63,861 bases of DNA from the NCBI RefSeq assembly GCF_000002075.1, contig NW_004797420.1, positions 503,033 to 566,893 of the forward strand, written 5' to 3'. The notes under the pieces are model-generated. The model ran no database searches. It had not been told where the DNA came from and was given only the letters and a program-made list of their open reading frames with translations. The position numbers and the translations under genes were made by a program. Within the stretch, counting starts at the first letter, position 1. Every line of letters begins with the position of its first letter. This DNA comes from Aplysia californica (taxonomy: Eukaryota). This document shows, one piece after another, positions 26,901 to 40,300 of this stretch.

Positions 26901-29900
26901 ATGATGTGTATATACATATATATATATATATATTTATAAATATCTATCTATCTCTGTATAATATCTTTATCTCTTGGTATGATGTCTTTGTATCTCTGTG
27001 TATGATATTTAAGCTACATATTTCTCTGTATGATGTGTATGCATTTCTCTGATATGCACGTATCTGTCCACATCCACAGGCTGGCAATGACTTCGGAGAA
27101 GACTATGATGAGTTGGCGTACGTACAGAAGCAGATCATGATCATCAAGTTGAAGATAGAGGAGCCCAAAATCATCTTCGACCCTCCATTCAGGGAGCTTC
27201 GGGATATCATTCTCAGGTGTTTCTCCGAGATCATCGCCAGTGGGGAAGGATTGACGAGAGTGAGTTTAGATTGTTATCACCATTGTTGTTGTCACAACTG
27301 TCATTTTGCTGTTGATGTTATTACTGTTGATGTGACTGCTTTTGCTGATGTTGTGGTTGTTAATGTTACTGTTGCTATTTTTGTCATTTTTGCAGGTGTT
27401 GGTGCTGTTGATGTTGATGCTGTTGATGCTACTGCTTTTGTTGACATTGTGGTTGTTAATGTTGTTCTTGTTTTTTTGTTGATGCTGCTGTTGTTTCTAT
27501 GATTGATGTTCATGTTTATGCTGTCATTCATTTTTTAGCCACCTTGAAGCGCTTTAACATTTTTCTCAAAACTTTTATGAGAACCTTGTGGCCTAGTTCT
27601 GATTACTTTATGAAGCACAGACGGAAAAGTTGGAAGATCAAATGACACAGTTTCTGTTTGTGTAGCAGACATTTCACCTCCTGTTTGGATTTCCCTGACC
27701 TTTTCCACCTGACTTTTGTAACACCGCTGCCATTGTACACGACCAAGACAAATTTTAATTTCTCCCAGAAAGATTGAGGAAGATTTTCATTGTCATTGTC
27801 ATTATAGGTGGAGTGTGAACTGTTCCCGGACATGAGAGGTCAAAGGTTACTTCTGCGCTCGGTCAAGATTGAGGAGAGTCTTGTCACAGACTATACAGAC
27901 AAGGCCATGGAGATCTTCAAGACTAACACTGTCGGGCCACAGAAGTAAGTGTGTCACTTAGTGTCTTTGAGTGCGTCTGTGAGTATGTCTTTGAGTGTTT
28001 CTCTGAGTGTGTCTTTGAGTGTGTTTCTGAAAATGTCTTTGAGTGTATCTCGGAGTGTGTCTCTGAGTATGTCTCTGAGTGTGTTGGTATGGCTATGTGT
28101 AAGTTCTCTATGCCATCTAGCTACTTACTGATGGCAGTCTGTGGTCAGTATTGTGTCAGTATCCTTGTACTTATAAATAAAAAAGAGAAACAAAACTTAT
28201 AGCCATATAGGTGCAGGTTGAAATTGTTGTGTAAGTGGGAAGAAAAAAATGTTGTGCTGTTGTGTTTCTAGCGTGGCCTTGAACCACAATGCTGCATAAT
28301 GGTAACACTCGTTTGTCTGTGCGTCTCCAGGTACCTGAATGTGTACAAGAAATACTCGGACCTGCTGAACAACAAGGCTGATCAGGACATCTCAGCCTTC
28401 CTCAGACAGACACACTCCATCGCAGCCTTCAAGAGTGTGAGTGTTTTGTATTTTGTCCTTTCGTGTTTACCTATTACAGAATGTGTGGTGTATGGGTGCT
28501 TCTTATTTTTTCTCCCCTTGGTCAAGATTGTTTATTTGTCTCTTGCCATTTTTTTTTCTTCTAAAAATAGCCTTTGTATATGTTGAAAGAAAATCAAGGT
28601 GATTTTTCTTATGACTGCTTTAAAACTTTACCATTTCATTATGGAAGTTATTAGACCTATTCTGATATAACTCCTATCGCAAACAAAAATGAGCCACACT
28701 GGTGGAGAGTCTAGACCTTTAAAAAAGCCTTGTTTGGGATTTTATCCAGCGTCACTACACCACAGCCTAGAGTATGGTTTCAACTGAGCTAATCAACTTC
28801 CAGGTCCTGATTTTGACTGGATCGCAAGAATTGCTGGAGACTAGAATTTAGTCTCTTTGTGAAGATGTAATTTTGATGGTAATGAGAGAAAAGACAAATA
28901 GAGAAATTTCTAGAGTAAATAGGTAAAGAAATGAACAAGTCAGTAAATAAGAGAGAGACAGAGAGAGTAGGAGTGAGAGAGTGAGTCAGCTAGGGACTGA
29001 GTCAAAGAGTGAATGATGGAGTGAGCAAATGAGTAAATGAGTGAATGAGCTAGTGAGTGAGTCAGTGAAGTACTGAGTGATCAAGTGAGTGAATTTTAAC
29101 ATCTGCAACATTCATTATACAGATTTGATTCTCTCTAGCCTCAATTCAACTGAAATACTCCCAACAGAAAATTGACTCTTACCAAGCATTGAAAGATGAG
29201 ATAGCTCTCCTGCGAATCACAGCCCCCCTGAGCATGTTCTGTCTAGACTGTGTCCAGTTTAATGCAGAAATGTGCATGCGGGCGCAGCGGCTGAAGGACA
29301 AACTGGTGATGTTTGAAGTGGACGAGAACAGAGACCTGAACAGGGCGTGAGTCATATATTATCCTATACCCCCGGTCCTCTCCACTCACCCCTCTCCTTC
29401 CCACAAATGCACAAATTTCAACTCTGATGTTGATCTGGCTGTTCAGTTCTTAGATTGAATTCAACTGTAACAGGAAGACACTTTTGCACAATTCAAACAA
29501 ACTCACTTCATTATACGTAATCAAATACATGCATCCTTTCTTGTATGGGTACATTTACACATACAGTCACACACTTACACATACTAATGCACACTTACAT
29601 ACACATACATGCACATATTCATACATATGCTAGCAATCATGAACACAAAAACACACATACAAACAGCTGAAAGTGCTTACAATAGGCATATTGGGACAAG
29701 TACAGATAAATCACTTATTTAGGTAAAAATGTTTATACAATAACATGCACATATGCCATCACACAAAGCCACATGCACAAAAAAAATTATTATATATATA
29801 TATAAAACTAACAAAAGGTCAAAAAAACTTACAAACAAGCATTACCTATTGTCCACAGGCTATGCAAGCGATATGAGGAGATTCAGGATCGTGTTCAGAT

Positions 29901-32900
29901 CATCCCGGAGTCTACCAAAGACCTCGTGGATCTACAAGATTTTCTCAAAATGGTAATTGTCTTCATCAGAAATACGTGCTTTCTTTTTCTCTCACGTGGG
30001 AATTTTTTGTCCTGGTATACATATATAAACTTCAGATTTTAACATATTGTCAAGAACTCATTTCATGTAAGAAATTTATTGTGAATATCTTCTTTTTTTC
30101 TAACTCCCTGATGTCTTAATTCATATAAAGATCGTTTTGGATCGGGAAAGCTGTTCTTCTTTTTTTACTTTCTGTCACTCTCATATTCTGCTGTTTCTGC
30201 TATGTCTTTTTGTTTTGTTCTTTTGTATCTTGTTTTGTTTGTCTCTACCTCTGATTTTACTGTGCCTCTCATTCTGACGTACTGGTGTGTTGAATATCTT
30301 TGTTCCATGTCTGCTTTGATGTGGCTTCCCCCTCAGCCTAATTTAACTCTGGCGATGGGTAGTTGGCGGGTGCTCTCCTGTAACACTTCTTATCTTCAAA
30401 ACTTATATGACATATTTGTGTTGCAGGTGCTGTAGAACTCTTACTAAAATTTAAACCGACCCTGATAGGTGAGATCAAAGTTACTTGAGAGGGGTGTAAA
30501 ATATTTACAATCCATCACTATAACATCTGTACTGTTTGTCACTTCCCCTCCATGATTCCATGTGCGTTCTTTTGTGTCCTCCACAGTCCAGTGACGTTTC
30601 AGTTTACAAATTGCTGGATGAGGTTGAAGAGGCCGGAAACCGCTTGAAGTTCCTCCTTGACTATGCTGACTTCCCACGTAAGCAGAGATCTCTAGGGGTC
30701 ATCCTTGTATTCATGTCTTAGTCTGTTCTACTTCTTTTGTTGTTCATCTGCCCTGGTTGTTTTTCCCTGCACTAAGTATCCATTATTGGGTCAGTGTGCT
30801 ACAGAAGCTGAAACTAAACAAAACATGTAAGCAAAGCATGTTCTGTTTCAGTTTTGTATTTTCTGTGTGGCATTAAAATTTTATGCATGTCAGCAACTCT
30901 TCAAGTGGGCATTTATGCAAATTTAGTCTTTCATAGGGACGCAAGCACACACATGTTTCAAGGTTGTTCAGAAGCGTACTTTTTGGTGAATACGAAAAGT
31001 TACCTTAAACTGAAATGTTTAGTGTTGAAAGGTAGACAAGGGGCACTATTGTATTTACGTCTTTCTGCATATCTTAAACAAAAACACAAATGAGCAAATG
31101 TTTTGTCCATCAGAGGAAGACATCAAGCTGAACACAGTGACGTTCCATTGGCCAAGCCAGATCACGACCATCCTGGATCACAGCCAAGGACGCATCATGA
31201 GCAAGAGGCAACAAATCGAGGAGGAGCTTAAGAAGCGTGTCGCCGCCTTCGAAGAGAAGATTGATGGATATGGCAAGGAGGTGGATTCTTTCAGAAGGAA
31301 AGAAGTAAGTCCTCCCTGTTCCTAAGTCCCTTGTGGGTGCTGTGATCAGTGGGTGGTTGGTGGATGCAGCTTGTGGTCTCTTTTACTCTCTAGTCTTTTT
31401 CTTTCTGTTAACTGTCTTGTTATGTATGTGTGAGTGAATAATTGGAGGGTGGGGAGGGGGCGTATCTTTCTGGCAAAAAACCCCTAAAATCTTGTCTATT
31501 AAATTGATGTACAGAAAAGTGAGAAGACATGGAATAACATCAAGAGACTAGCCCAGGATAGAGAAAGGTGGAAAATGTTTGCTCGTGGCCCTATACCATG
31601 GTGCAGGGTGAGAAAGGAAATGATGGTAATCATGAGTTGGATTTGGGGGGGGGGGGGAGGGGGAATGGGGAGGGGGGGTGTTATTTTTTTTCCCATAACG
31701 TATGAATTCAAAAGAGAACTATACTGTGGACATAGTTTGCACAGATGTGGCATCTCTACAAAAGCCCCCTTTTTTCTCTTTGGAGGATATCTTTTACTTT
31801 AATTGGCATGTGATTTCAAACTCAAAGTATGTCAATTAAAATGTCTGTATATGTTCCTTTCTATTGTAGTTCATGGGTCAGGACGAGATGAAGAACAATG
31901 TGGAGGTGTTGAGCACACTTCAAGTCAATCTGGAAGCCGCCCGCGATGAGCTTGAGGGTCTGCAGGACGAGGAGCGTCTGCTGGAGTGGGAGGTCACAGA
32001 GTTCCCGCAGCTACAAAACATGTTTACGCTGAAGGAGCCGTACGACAAACTCTGGCGCACTGCCTACAACTTCAACCTTAAAAGCGAGGCCTGGACCAAT
32101 GGTAGGTGGCCTTCAGGGTGGGACTTAAAATAACAAGCACTCTTTTCTCTTCAGAAGCCTGTGAGTTCTTTTAGTTACAAAAACGAATCTAAATGATAAT
32201 TTTTTTTTTTTTGTTGGAATTTTTTTGTCAGATGCGGAAAGCAAAATCTTATAATGACTTAAGTCTTGTAGGTTATTGTCAATTTAGAACAGAAAGGTTT
32301 GATCTGGGTGCAGGGGAGTCCCACTAAAGTTATTTTTCTTTGTAAGTATATGAATCAGATTAGAATTGAAACATATCAGTCAGGGTATAACCTCCACTCT
32401 ACATGTGTGTAGTAAACTAAAAATATCTCAAATGGGTGAATGCCAATGAAGCATACTTTCATGGCAAAAGATTGTAATTTTCCTTTTATCACAACATTCC
32501 AAAATTTACTTTCACGACAGGGAGACTTTGACAGATAATTAATCTTACTGAATTATTTGCAATCCATTTGCCAAATAAAAACCCTTAATAAAAAAGATCT
32601 GGTATACTGTATTCCTCCTTCTTTTCCTCAGGCCCCTTCAAGGAACTCAATTCAGAAGACATTGAGAACGAGGTTGGGGACATGTGGCGCTCAATGTACA
32701 AACTGGTCAAGACTTTCTCAGACCAGCAGGGACCCCGGCATATCGCCACCACAGTCAAGGCTAAGATTGACAGGTTCAAAGCCAACATGCCTATCTTGCA
32801 GACTATTTGTAACCCAGGCATACGTGACAGACATTGGGAACAGGTAACTCTATAATCCAGACATACATGACAGACATTTTGCAAAGACATTCATAATACG

Positions 32901-35900
32901 CGACCTCAGTGCTTTCTTGTCGTATTTCCATTTTTAATAACAGCGAATACAGTTCATAACAAAGAGGAAGCTTAAGAAGAAGTCACATTTTCAATGTTAA
33001 AAAAAAATGAAGATATGACAAGAAAGCACTGAAGTCGTGAATAGGTAACTCTATAACCCAGACATATGCAACTTTCTTCTTAGGCACTGTTAAATATTAA
33101 AATTCTGATTTCAAAGTGAAACAAAATCACTTTGACTGGTGGAGAAGGCAAGAGGAGAAAGGGATGCAATATTGTTCAGAGCAATACAAACTGTAGTAGA
33201 AGCCAAATGAGGATACTCTTAGTTCTTGCTTCTCCTTTATCTGCTTTTCTAAATAATATTTTGTTGCATCTTGGCTATTTTGTTCATTTTTTGATCATGT
33301 GTTTAATGTTGATACTTTTCATAGAGTATGACACATAACTGTCAAATTTTCAAAACATAACTTTTCAGGAGGAGCAAAAAGACTAACCTGCTCCCACACC
33401 GCCCCTCATTGTATTATTTTCTTCACAGCCTTTCTCGACTGTTTATGAAAGTAAAGACTCTGCAACCTAAGGTGTACTGTCATTTGTTTCCCTGTGAAAA
33501 AGTGTTATCTCAAGATATAATTGTTTGCTCCCTTGCCATCTCTTGTATACCTGTAGTAAGTGTAATTTTTTATTCACTTCAGATGAGTGAGATCGTTGGG
33601 TTCGACCTCCGACCCAAGGAGACCACATCTCTGGCAGAAATGCTGGAGTATGGCTTGCAGAAACACCTGGCCAGGTATGTCAGCTTTTCATCAAATTTGT
33701 TCTCCTTAATCCCTTGGCTTTTCCAATATCAATGTGTGTAATTTGTTGAACACTTTTGTCTGTTTTTAGCTTAGCTTTTTCAGATTTGGTTTTTGTGAAA
33801 ATTTGGAGATTAACTTGTACTAATATAAAAAAAAAATCGACCATGAAGAGCTAGATTTCAAAGACAATATGTTGATATTTGGAAAATCCTTTCTCACTCT
33901 GCTCCAGTGAGTCATGACTAGAGCAAACCTCTTTCACTTTAGCTTGACATTTTCTATTGTGACAGCTAAAATAAGTTTTGTTCTATGCTACCTTTTCACT
34001 TTATTGCATCAAGACTGACACATAAGGAAATGTGTTGAGGAACTGAATCACTTTGGTTTCATTTGATTTTGATATTTCTGTAAGGATGCATACTTGAGAT
34101 AAGAATACCCTACCCCCTTCCCCATTTCTGACCTGCAGACTGGAAGAGATTGGAGCCAGTGCAGCCAAGGAGTATTCTCTAGAGAAAGCCTTGACCAAGA
34201 TGAAGGACGACTGGAAGGACCTCAGATTTGAACTTGTGGCTTACAGAGACACGGTCAGTCATGGGGCTTTCTTGTGGTAGCATCTGTCAGAGACACAATA
34301 GGTGTTGCGGTTTCAAATTGCCTGCGCAAACATTGAGTGTGCAGACGGATAAAAAAGATATTCTGTCTTACTGACGGAAGGCGCAACTCCAGATTTGTAG
34401 AATACGTCCTTTTACATAAGTCTCAACTTATCTGTTCTTGTCCATATGTCCTTTTACGTATATCTCAACTCATCAGTCACAGCTCATTTTTTCCTACCAA
34501 TATGTCCTAACTCATATGTCACTGACCATGCCCTACTGTTCTTCCCCCCCCCCCCCCCCTCAACTATCTCCAGGGAGTGGACATCCTGAGTGCCCTGGAT
34601 GACATCCAAGCTCTACTAGACGACAACATTGTGAAGGCCCAGACCATGCGAGGCTCACCCTTCATCAAGCCCTTCGAGGTGGAGATGAAGGAGTGGGAGG
34701 AGAAGCTGGTCCTCATGCAAGACATCATTGATGAGTGGCTCAAGGTCAGAGGTCATAGAATCAGGGGTCTTTGGGTCAAGCTTGTTCCGTGCACTATGGA
34801 GGGGATGGGTTTTTTGGGGGGCATGCTTTAGCATGGGATTATGCTCATTCTGAATATACAGAAAGGTTAAAGGTTAGTTTCAACACTGAAGTGGGGTTCA
34901 GGATTTTTAAAGACATTTTTTAAGAGACAGTCATTCTGGGGTTTTGTTCTAATTTGCTGGTAATTGAAAGGAGCCAGTGGAAGGTGTTACCTCTATACAC
35001 TCTGTCTATTGTTTCTTTTTGTCTGTCTTGCTTTTTCTTAGTACTAAATGGCCATTATCGTATTGATTTGCTTCTCTTTACTTTCAAAAAGCCTGATCTT
35101 AGTACTGCTTGATTCCAGTAGGTAGAATGTGTATATCTACTTCAGGTGTTTCATAGTTCAATATAAGGAGTTGGGGATAGTGAGTAGGGAAGGTAAAAGT
35201 CCTGTTCTATGTGAAGTAACACCATAAGGCTTTCTGTTCCCTTTGTGAGCTTCATCTCTTGTATCTATCTTTGCATCCCCTCACCCCTCCCCACCCCCTT
35301 ACACATACATCACACTGCTCTCCCATCCCTGTTCCATCCATCTCCCCATACATGTCCTTCCCATACCCTTCCAACTTTGCATCGTCCATTCTTCCCTTCC
35401 CCAATCCCATCTGGTTTTCTCTCCCCATGGCTGAACAGGTCCAAGCCACATGGCTGTACCTGGAGCCCATCTTCAGCTCTGAGGACATCATGGCCCAGAT
35501 GCCAGAGGAGGGACGCAAGTTTGGCATCGTGGACAGCTACTGGCGTGACATCATGACTGAAACTAGCAAGGTATTTTGCCTGCACTACGTCCACTAAACG
35601 CTTAATTAAAAAATTCAGATGTGTATTTATATAGCATAGGCCTATTGATAATAATATATGGCATTTATACAGTGCTCAATATATACACATATATGTGAGT
35701 AATTTTAAAGCAGAAATGAATTTAGCAGAATTTGAATAAGTAAAAAAGATTTGATCTCTCTTAAACAACTGGTCAAAATATTCTAGATCTTGGGACAATG
35801 ATATACAAATGTCCTTTCACTCATTGTTTTGAGTTTCATAGTTGGTAAAAGAAATTTCTTTTCATCAGCTGGTGACCTTCAACTGCGAGTTAGAATGTAC

Positions 35901-37305
35901 AGGTTCAACAGATTTGATAAAATGATGGCACATTACTCCCATGAAGGCTCATAAAACTTCACAATAACTCCAGAGGCTGGCCTGTTCCTTTTAGATTACT
36001 GTTTCCGTCTGTCAACAGGACACCAACTGTCTTGTGGCCACGGGCCAGAACAACATGCTGGGACGACTGAAGGAAGCCAACGTCCTGCTGGAGGAGATCC
36101 AGAAAGGACTCAATGCCTACCTGGAGAAGAAGAGGCTGTTTTTCCCCCGGTGAGTCACTCTTTGACCTCTTGACCTCCTCTTCTCCTCATGTGTCATGGC
36201 CCTTATTGGTCCATTGTTGAGTTGTAGTTTAATGTTGAGATTTCATGTGTTTGGTCTGTGATAGGTGTTTGTGATGAGAATAAGTAGATTAAGGAGAGGG
36301 GGGAAGGGGCAGCAGTATTGTTGCTGTGATGTGTAAACAATGATGAAGCTGTAGGTTAGAGCTAGTTGCCAGGGAGCAATCCCCCTGCCCCTCTCACTTC
36401 CATCCTCCCTCATTCTTAATAAACTTCTTTCACACAATGTCAGACTACCTTTCATATGTGAGGCATCGTGGTGAAATCAATGGCTTGTCAAAATAATATC
36501 TGCATTTTTGGGCTGATGGGCAATTTTTTTTCTAATTGTCTTTTTTTTGCTCAACACTTTTTGTATCTATTTAAAACATATTTTTGTGTGGATTTTACTG
36601 AAAAATATTGATTAAAGGCTCAAAAAACATAAATTTTCATTTTCCAAGGACTCTCAGCACTTTGGCGGCCATTTACTCGCTAATTTTACCTCTGAAACCA
36701 AGCGAGCGACCCTGACCTCCTTTAATCACAAATATTTCGACCTCTATTCAACTTAGATTTATATTTTTTTTTATCTAAAGGAAGGCAAATAAACAGGCTT
36801 TAAGATGATACCAATAACCCTGTATGCCCTAAAATGGATGAACACCTGATTCCACCTCGTCGCAACACATATGCTTCTGTCTCTGCCAGACACTAAGTAG
36901 TCTTTTTCAGTCATGTGAACAGAGGAAAATAAAGTGAGCGTACCAAGGACATAACTTCTGACCTATTAGAGTTAGAGCATGGTTTTGATCAACCAAATCC
37001 TATTCCTCCTCTCTTAAATGACAGTTCTTGTGTTTTCCTTGAACTCATAAGAATAATTAAAGAAACATGTGAGAAAATGAAGGAAAGTTCAAGTGCTGAG
37101 CGTAATGACAAAATGGGTTGTCTTCCATATTCAAACTACTGCCTTTTCTTCAGTATATCGTGAGCTCAGTTTGAATATTTAGTTATTTAGAATAATTTGT
37201 TTTAAAATGCATCATAGCTTATGATTTTTTGCTGGTTTGATTTAGCTTTTTCTTCAGCAGTCTATGCAAATGTGAATTGAATGTAATCTTTTTCTAATTA
37301 AAAAA

Positions 37306-37337
<32 letters not shown>

Positions 37338-40300
37338 GGTGATTTAACACAGTTTGTAACAAATTCCTTCAAGTGCTGTTCTACTGTCACAGATTCTTTT
37401 TCCTGTCAAATGACGAGCTGCTGGAGATTCTGTCAGAGACCAAAGACCCACTGCGCGTACAGCCGCATTTGAAGAAGTGCTTTGAGGGCATTGCAAAGTT
37501 GGAGTTCACTGAAAATGAGGAAATTATTGGCATGATTTCTGCTGAGAATGAAACTGTTCCATTCTCGTCCATGATCGTCCCAGCCAAGGCCAAGGTAAGT
37601 GGGCACAGGCAGTGGAACAAGTTCAGAGATGCTTGCTGAAGTATTGATCGGCTTTTATTTCTAGAGTTTGCAATACATGTTTTTCATCTTCTGATTAGAA
37701 CTTTTATTCTATAATTTCTATGCATTTTGTAATTTGGTAGATTATGTCTAGTGAAACTGTTGACAGAGGTATGGAATCCTGATAAAATCTCTGACTTTTC
37801 AAAGTTTGAGAGAATAAAGCGAGTTGCCATGATCTTTACCAGTTTTGGTTATAGATTGACTTTGGACCTGTAGAATATGTCTCAGATCCATTCATGATCT
37901 GTTATTCCTATTCAACCTCCCCCCCCCTCCCTCCCAAACTACTCCATTCCCAGGACTAGTTTTTAAAAAAATCCCTTATGCATCATTCGTATTTTAAAGA
38001 ATCACAAGCAAAAAAAAGTTTCTTTGACTGGTTTCATACGAACTATGGAAGCTTTGGTGGCTGGGAAAGGCTGCTCAGATTTAATGAGTTAATCTACTGG
38101 AGTTCTGGAGACTTTTTTTTCCCAAACTTGTATTTTCTGGGAGGATTTTGGGGGAAAACTCCCATTTTTGGTCACAGAATAGTTGGCAGGTCTTCTTCTA
38201 TATGTGTGACAAATCTGACTTTTTTTCCTGGGCACCCACGCAGTGACTTTGTGAATAAGTGCTGAGGAAAAATGTGGTTACAATTTTTTCTTAGTTTCAC
38301 TATAGAATGAGTTCACCTATGTTTGGCATAAATCCCAGCTCGAACTTTATATTATTTGACGTTTCCCTCCTACAGGGTATGGTGGAGAAGTGGCTGCTCC
38401 AGGTAGAGGATGTGATGATCTCATCACTGCGTAAGGTCATCACTGAGTCGGTGCAGGCCTACAAGACCACACACCGCAAACGCTGGGTGGTGGACTGGCC
38501 TGGCCAGGTGGTGCTCTGTGTCAGTAATGTCTACTGGACCTCGGAAGTGACTGACGCCATGAAGAATGAAGGTGGTCTCAAGGTGAGAGCTTTGGATTGT
38601 TTATTGTTTCTACATTTTTTTTGGTCCTGTTTAATCATATTTTAAAAAAAAATTTTGCCAGCGGGTTCTATCAAGTTTTATAAGAGTATTTAAGTGAGTT
38701 TGCAATTTCTTTGTGTGTATACAAGTGTCAAAACACAAGAGCCAATTTTTGGTTTGAACCTAGCACTTCATGACAAGTAACTCAAATGGGGCTTCTTTTT
38801 TTAATTCATTATTTTAACTCTTTGATCTTGGACAGAATATGTCAAATGTAGGTATTCTTTTGAGGGGAACATCTTTATCAGAATGTGAAGGGATCAACTT
38901 ATTATTTTGTGACTGATTTTCATTTTCATCTTCTGGTTTGTCCAGATTTATCTGGAGCGCTGCAATCGTCAGATTGATCAGATTGTGGAGCTTGTCAGAG
39001 GAAAACTGGAGAGTGGCACGAGAATTACTCTTGGAGCTCTCACTGTCATTGACGTACACGGTAAATACAATGTGTGTTGTATCAGTTTGTATAGGTATAA
39101 TGAATGTGCTCGATTGAACAATAGGTCCCTTGTTTGTGTTCTCAATGTGTGGGAAATAATTACATGAATAGTTGTAGTAATAAATATTTTAAGTACCCAT
39201 TGACTCAGTTTAGATCCTGCCATGAGTGTATCTCTTGTGGCTCATAGCGCTGATATCTTTCAGTGGGATCCTGTATTTTGTGAATCACATCACCGGCTCT
39301 TTTCTTTTCTTTCAGCCCGTGACGTTCTTGATAACCTGGCAAAGAACAACATCCGCAGCTCCCATGATTTCAATTGGCTAGCCCAGATGCGCTACTACTT
39401 TGAGAAGGACGTGATGGTGCACATGATCACCACGGAGATCGCCTATGGGTACGAGTACCTGGGCAATTCTCCACGACTCGTCATTACCCCACTGACTGAC
39501 AGATGCTACCGGTGAGTTAATTGGGAGAAGCAGAGCACACAGGACAAAGGTTTTGCATGTGGTTTGGGTTGCATATTTGTAGAAGCCTTCTGGTGTTGCT
39601 TATTTTGATGGTGTTAGTCTCTAACTGTGAAACTGGAAGAAGTAGGTCAATTCTTTTTATTTTTTGGTTATAAAACCATTATTGGGGTCAATTTGTGGAT
39701 TGTCAGTAAAAATCAACATGCACTATTAATAAAAATAGTATGAAAGTACTGTGGGCGGCTCATGCATTTTTTGACAAACAGGCTTACATATAAACTCACA
39801 TATTATGCTAAGTAACCTTCTGGGTTAAAATATTAAAATAACTTACTGTATTCCAAGACACTGATGGGAGCCTTGAAGCAAGTATACGCACACTCTCTCT
39901 GTTAAACATGTACACAGAAACAAAATATAAACCCAAACATACACACACAAGTAGTGCAAAACAACCTTCCAGTACTTTTACAGAAGTCAAACAAATGTCA
40001 AAATATATTTCAGGACATTGATGGGAGCCTTGAAGCTCAATCTGGGCGGAGCACCAGAGGGCCCAGCTGGCACAGGCAAGACAGAGACCAGCAAGGATCT
40101 GGCAAAGGCTGTGGCCAAACAGGTATGTGCCCTGGTCATGTTTATTATACACATGAACTGTNNNNNNNNNNNNNNNNNNNNNNNNNNNNNNNNNNNNNNN
40201 NNNNNNNNNNNNNNNNNNNNNNNNNNNNNNNNNNNNNNNNNNNNNNNNNNNNNNNNNNNNNNNNNNNNNNNNNNNNNNNNNNNNNNNNNNNNNNNNNNNN

